Below, in pieces: positions 61,830 to 64,000 of a DNA stretch of 64,000 bases. This DNA comes from an uncultured Verrucomicrobiae bacterium. GTDB taxonomy: Bacteria > Verrucomicrobiota > Verrucomicrobiia > Chthoniobacterales > JAFAMB01. The notes beneath the pieces were generated by a model, which saw nothing but the letters and a program-made list of their open reading frames with translations, ran no database searches and was not told the DNA's origin. A program made the position numbers and the translations under genes. Numbering within the stretch: position 1 is the stretch's first letter; the number at the start of each line of letters is the position of its first letter. The stretch covers positions 4,704,001-4,768,000 of the forward strand of contig CAWIPH010000002.1 of the NCBI GenBank assembly GCA_963837955.1, in the 5' to 3' direction.

Positions 61830-61846
61830 GTTGCGTCTCAGGCACC

Positions 61847-61869
61847 GCGAGTGCGTCCCACTCGCTTTT
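61847..61869 (+). terminator. Intrinsic terminator after rpoD
   Basis: GCGAGTG-CGTCC-CACTCGC followed by TTTT. Confidence 0.75.
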
Positions 61870-61996
61870 GAACGGCTCGAGCTTTTTGTTTACTAAAAGC
61901 GGAAATAGCGTTCTCTTACCCAATTGCCTAGAAACCTGGCGCTTGAAGCGAAGCGCGACGAAACTTTCTCGGCCAAGCTGGGTTCAATGTTGGAAG

Positions 61997-62341
61997 ATGA
62001 AGGATCAAGAAAACGACGATCTGTGGGAGCTGCTGGGAAAAGCCAAGAGATCAGTCCCTTCTCCCTTCTTTGCAACAAAGGTGGTGGCTGCCGCACGACG
62101 AGCCGACGAGAAGCGAAGATCGCTTTGGCGTAATTGGCTACGGTACGGGCTTCCAGGCGCTCTGGCTGGCGCGATGGCTGTTTTCCTGGCTCATTTTTCA
62201 CTCTCTTCGCATCAGGCGGCGGATCTTCCGCCGGTCGTGGTTGCTCAAACTGAGCCGGGTGATCTTGAGGTAATCGCCGATCTCGACGTTGTATTGTCGT
62301 CTGAAGAGTCCTCAGTATGGCTCGATTCTTCGGCGCACTAA
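61997..62341 (+). CDS. Small single-TM protein, anti-sigma-like
   Basis: DDLWELLG..PSPFFATKVV N-terminus, one TM helix, acidic C-terminus DLEVIADLD..WLD. Confidence 0.65.
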   Translation: MKDQENDDLWELLGKAKRSVPSPFFATKVVAAARRADEKRRSLWRNWLRYGLPGALAGAMAVFLAHFSLSSHQAADLPPVVVAQTEPGDLEVIADLDVVLSSEESSVWLDSSAH

Positions 62342-62784
62342 TCTTTCTGATCGCAGTAACCGCGAGCGGATACGGACAAACCCCGGCCGCTAGCGCCCAG
62401 CCGTCTGCTTCCGCCAAATTGGAAGACCTGCGCCGGTCAATCGAACAATTAACGCCAGACCAACAACAAAAGGTCCTGCAGAATCTTCATCGGTGGTTGG
62501 CTTTAAGCCCGGACGAACGGGACGTGCTTCGGCAAAGACAACGCGTGCGACAGCAGAAAGAGGAAGAATCGGTGGCTGAGGCCTATCAAAAGTCGGGGTT
62601 GCATCTGAACGAAGACCAGCGCGAGAAATTTCATAAACTTTATCTGCAAGAGCGCAGAAAGCTGGAGGAACAGCTCGCGAAAGAAACTCAAGAAAAGCGT
62701 CAGAAAGGCGAATTGGCGATCATTGAACAATTGAAGAAAGAATTCACAGCGTCGCCGAGCGCCTCTGCTACCCCCGCGCGCTAG
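62317..62784 (+). CDS. Secreted helical protein, DUF3106-like
   Basis: Signal peptide; repeats LTPDQQ, WLALSPDER, LNEDQR. Confidence 0.7.
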   Translation: MARFFGALIFLIAVTASGYGQTPAASAQPSASAKLEDLRRSIEQLTPDQQQKVLQNLHRWLALSPDERDVLRQRQRVRQQKEEESVAEAYQKSGLHLNEDQREKFHKLYLQERRKLEEQLAKETQEKRQKGELAIIEQLKKEFTASPSASATPAR

Positions 62785-63490
62785 GAACGCCCGTTCGACG
62801 GCCATGGAAGTTGGTGTCGGAACGGTATTTCGCTAAGATTCGGACGTAGCGCAGCGTATCTCGCATTGGTTTAATCTTGCTCCGTTCATCCCGATAGATG
62901 GTTCGAATCGGCACGAACTCGATCTGAAATCCATTTCGAGCAGCCAACAAAAGATTCTCAGTTTCAAAGGCAAATCCGTCGCTCGATTCGTGCAGCAGCG
63001 GGAGTAATTCATATCGCGCCATTCGGTAGCCGCACTGGCTATCCGGAAGATCTCGACGGCACAGCCTGCCGATCTGCCAGGACATGAACTTGTTCGTCCA
63101 TCGACGAATCATCGGCATTGTCGCGACATTGCACATCCGGTTTCCTACAACGAGGTGCGCCTGCGTCGCTGAAGCTTGAGTCAAAAATTTGGGAATTTCG
63201 GCTGGATCGTGTTGGCCGTCACCGTCCATGAAAAGAAAGAAGTTGAAACCATCCGCCGCCCTAGCCAGTCCTGTCTTAATTGCCGCACCTTTGCCCAAAT
63301 TCTTTGGGTGAAGGATCACTTCAGCACCCGCCTCTCGGGCAACTTCTGCCGTTTGATCGGGCGAATGGTCATCAACCACAATGACATGGCCGATGTGCTC
63401 GAGAACCCCGCGCACCACCGTTCCGATAAACCGCGCTTCCCCGAAAGCGGGAATAATCGCGCAAACGGTCTCCCTGGTCGCTTGAATCAT
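62768..63490 (-). CDS. GT2 glycosyltransferase (polyprenyl-phosphate sugar synthase-like)
   Basis: IIPAF, VVDDHSPD, NLGKGAA, MDGDGQH, DSQCGYR. Confidence 0.9.
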   Translation of the reverse strand: MIQATRETVCAIIPAFGEARFIGTVVRGVLEHIGHVIVVDDHSPDQTAEVAREAGAEVILHPKNLGKGAAIKTGLARAADGFNFFLFMDGDGQHDPAEIPKFLTQASATQAHLVVGNRMCNVATMPMIRRWTNKFMSWQIGRLCRRDLPDSQCGYRMARYELLPLLHESSDGFAFETENLLLAARNGFQIEFVPIRTIYRDERSKIKPMRDTLRYVRILAKYRSDTNFHGRRTGVPSARG

Positions 63491-63575
63491 GAATCAAGGG
63501 GCAGCTAGCCACTGTCCCGTCTGCGGAATAACAGAGGTTTCGCCGCCGCTCATTTTAGTCGCAACAAAAGCCATA

Positions 63576-64000
63576 CTATTCCGAAGACCGGACACTAGAA
63601 CGCCTCCGGGCCACCGGATGGTAATCAGCCGCATGGTATGAGCTTCGTACGAGCGGACCGGAGGCTACATACTCAAATCCCTTTTTTAATGCGACCTCGC
63701 GATAGAATTCAAAGGTTTGCGGCGTGATATACTCGATCACCGGCAAATGCTTTGGGGTAGGACGCAGATATTGGCCCATGGTCAAAACCTGCACGCCAGC
63801 TTCCCGCAAATCATCCAGAGCCTGAAAGAGCTCGTTTTCGGTTTCGCCAAGTCCGAGCATGATGCCGCTCTTGGTCACTACATCTGGATCGATTTGCTTG
63901 GCTCGCTGCAAGACTTGGAGCGACAAGCGATATTTCGCACGAGATCGGACCACCGGCGTCAATCTTTCCACCGTCTCCAGATTATGATTAAAAATATCCG
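63576..64000 (-). CDS. lipA: Lipoyl synthase, 3' part (5' end outside window)
   Basis: [38 protein letters not shown]. Confidence 0.95.
   Translation of the reverse strand, partial: DIFNHNLETVERLTPVVRSRAKYRLSLQVLQRAKQIDPDVVTKSGIMLGLGETENELFQALDDLREAGVQVLTMGQYLRPTPKHLPVIEYITPQTFEFYREVALKKGFEYVASGPLVRSSYHAADYHPVARRRSSVRSSE

Noticed and set aside
1..64000. tRNA, rRNA, CRISPR array, transposase or prophage
   Set aside because: Intergenic gaps are all short and none showed cloverleaf or repeat-spacer patterns on manual reading; no ORF has matching motifs. tRNAscan-SE and Rfam scans would confirm.

Overview
Gene-dense core-chromosome segment of a bacterium. The protein styles, Pro/Ser-rich secreted proteins and scarce Shine-Dalgarno sites suggest Verrucomicrobiota, probably Chthoniobacterales-like (inference, not a database result). 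About 55 CDS are supported: sulfate activation (cysH-cysD-cysNC), tkt, hisG, hflX, ftsK-rodZ-rimO, manA, polyprenyl synthase, radC, LysR/MFS, lpxA, galE-lptD-ugd-rsmB, panD, an acvB-mprF-sanA lipid aminoacylation cluster, aroD, a priming sugar transferase, pyk, hisS-aspS, FKBP, PBP2, uvrC, exbB-exbD-TPR, thiH-thiS, dnaG-rpoD and partial lipA. I found no rRNA, tRNA, CRISPR array, transposase or prophage. Best leads: (1) a kinase-less CHASE3 sensor ending in a small unnamed module, overlapping a TraB/GumN lipoprotein gene; (2) a 34-aa bS22-like basic protein absent from the ORF track; (3) a short motif (VRRALPV/VRRAIPA/VPRALPV) shared by two unrelated periplasmic proteins, within widespread S/P/T-rich linkers; (4) -10 boxes 6-9 nt before many start codons, suggesting leaderless mRNAs; (5) an orphan anti-sigma-like/DUF3106-like pair after rpoD; (6) a flippase-less MprF cluster. 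Family calls come from motif recognition by eye and need HMM confirmation.
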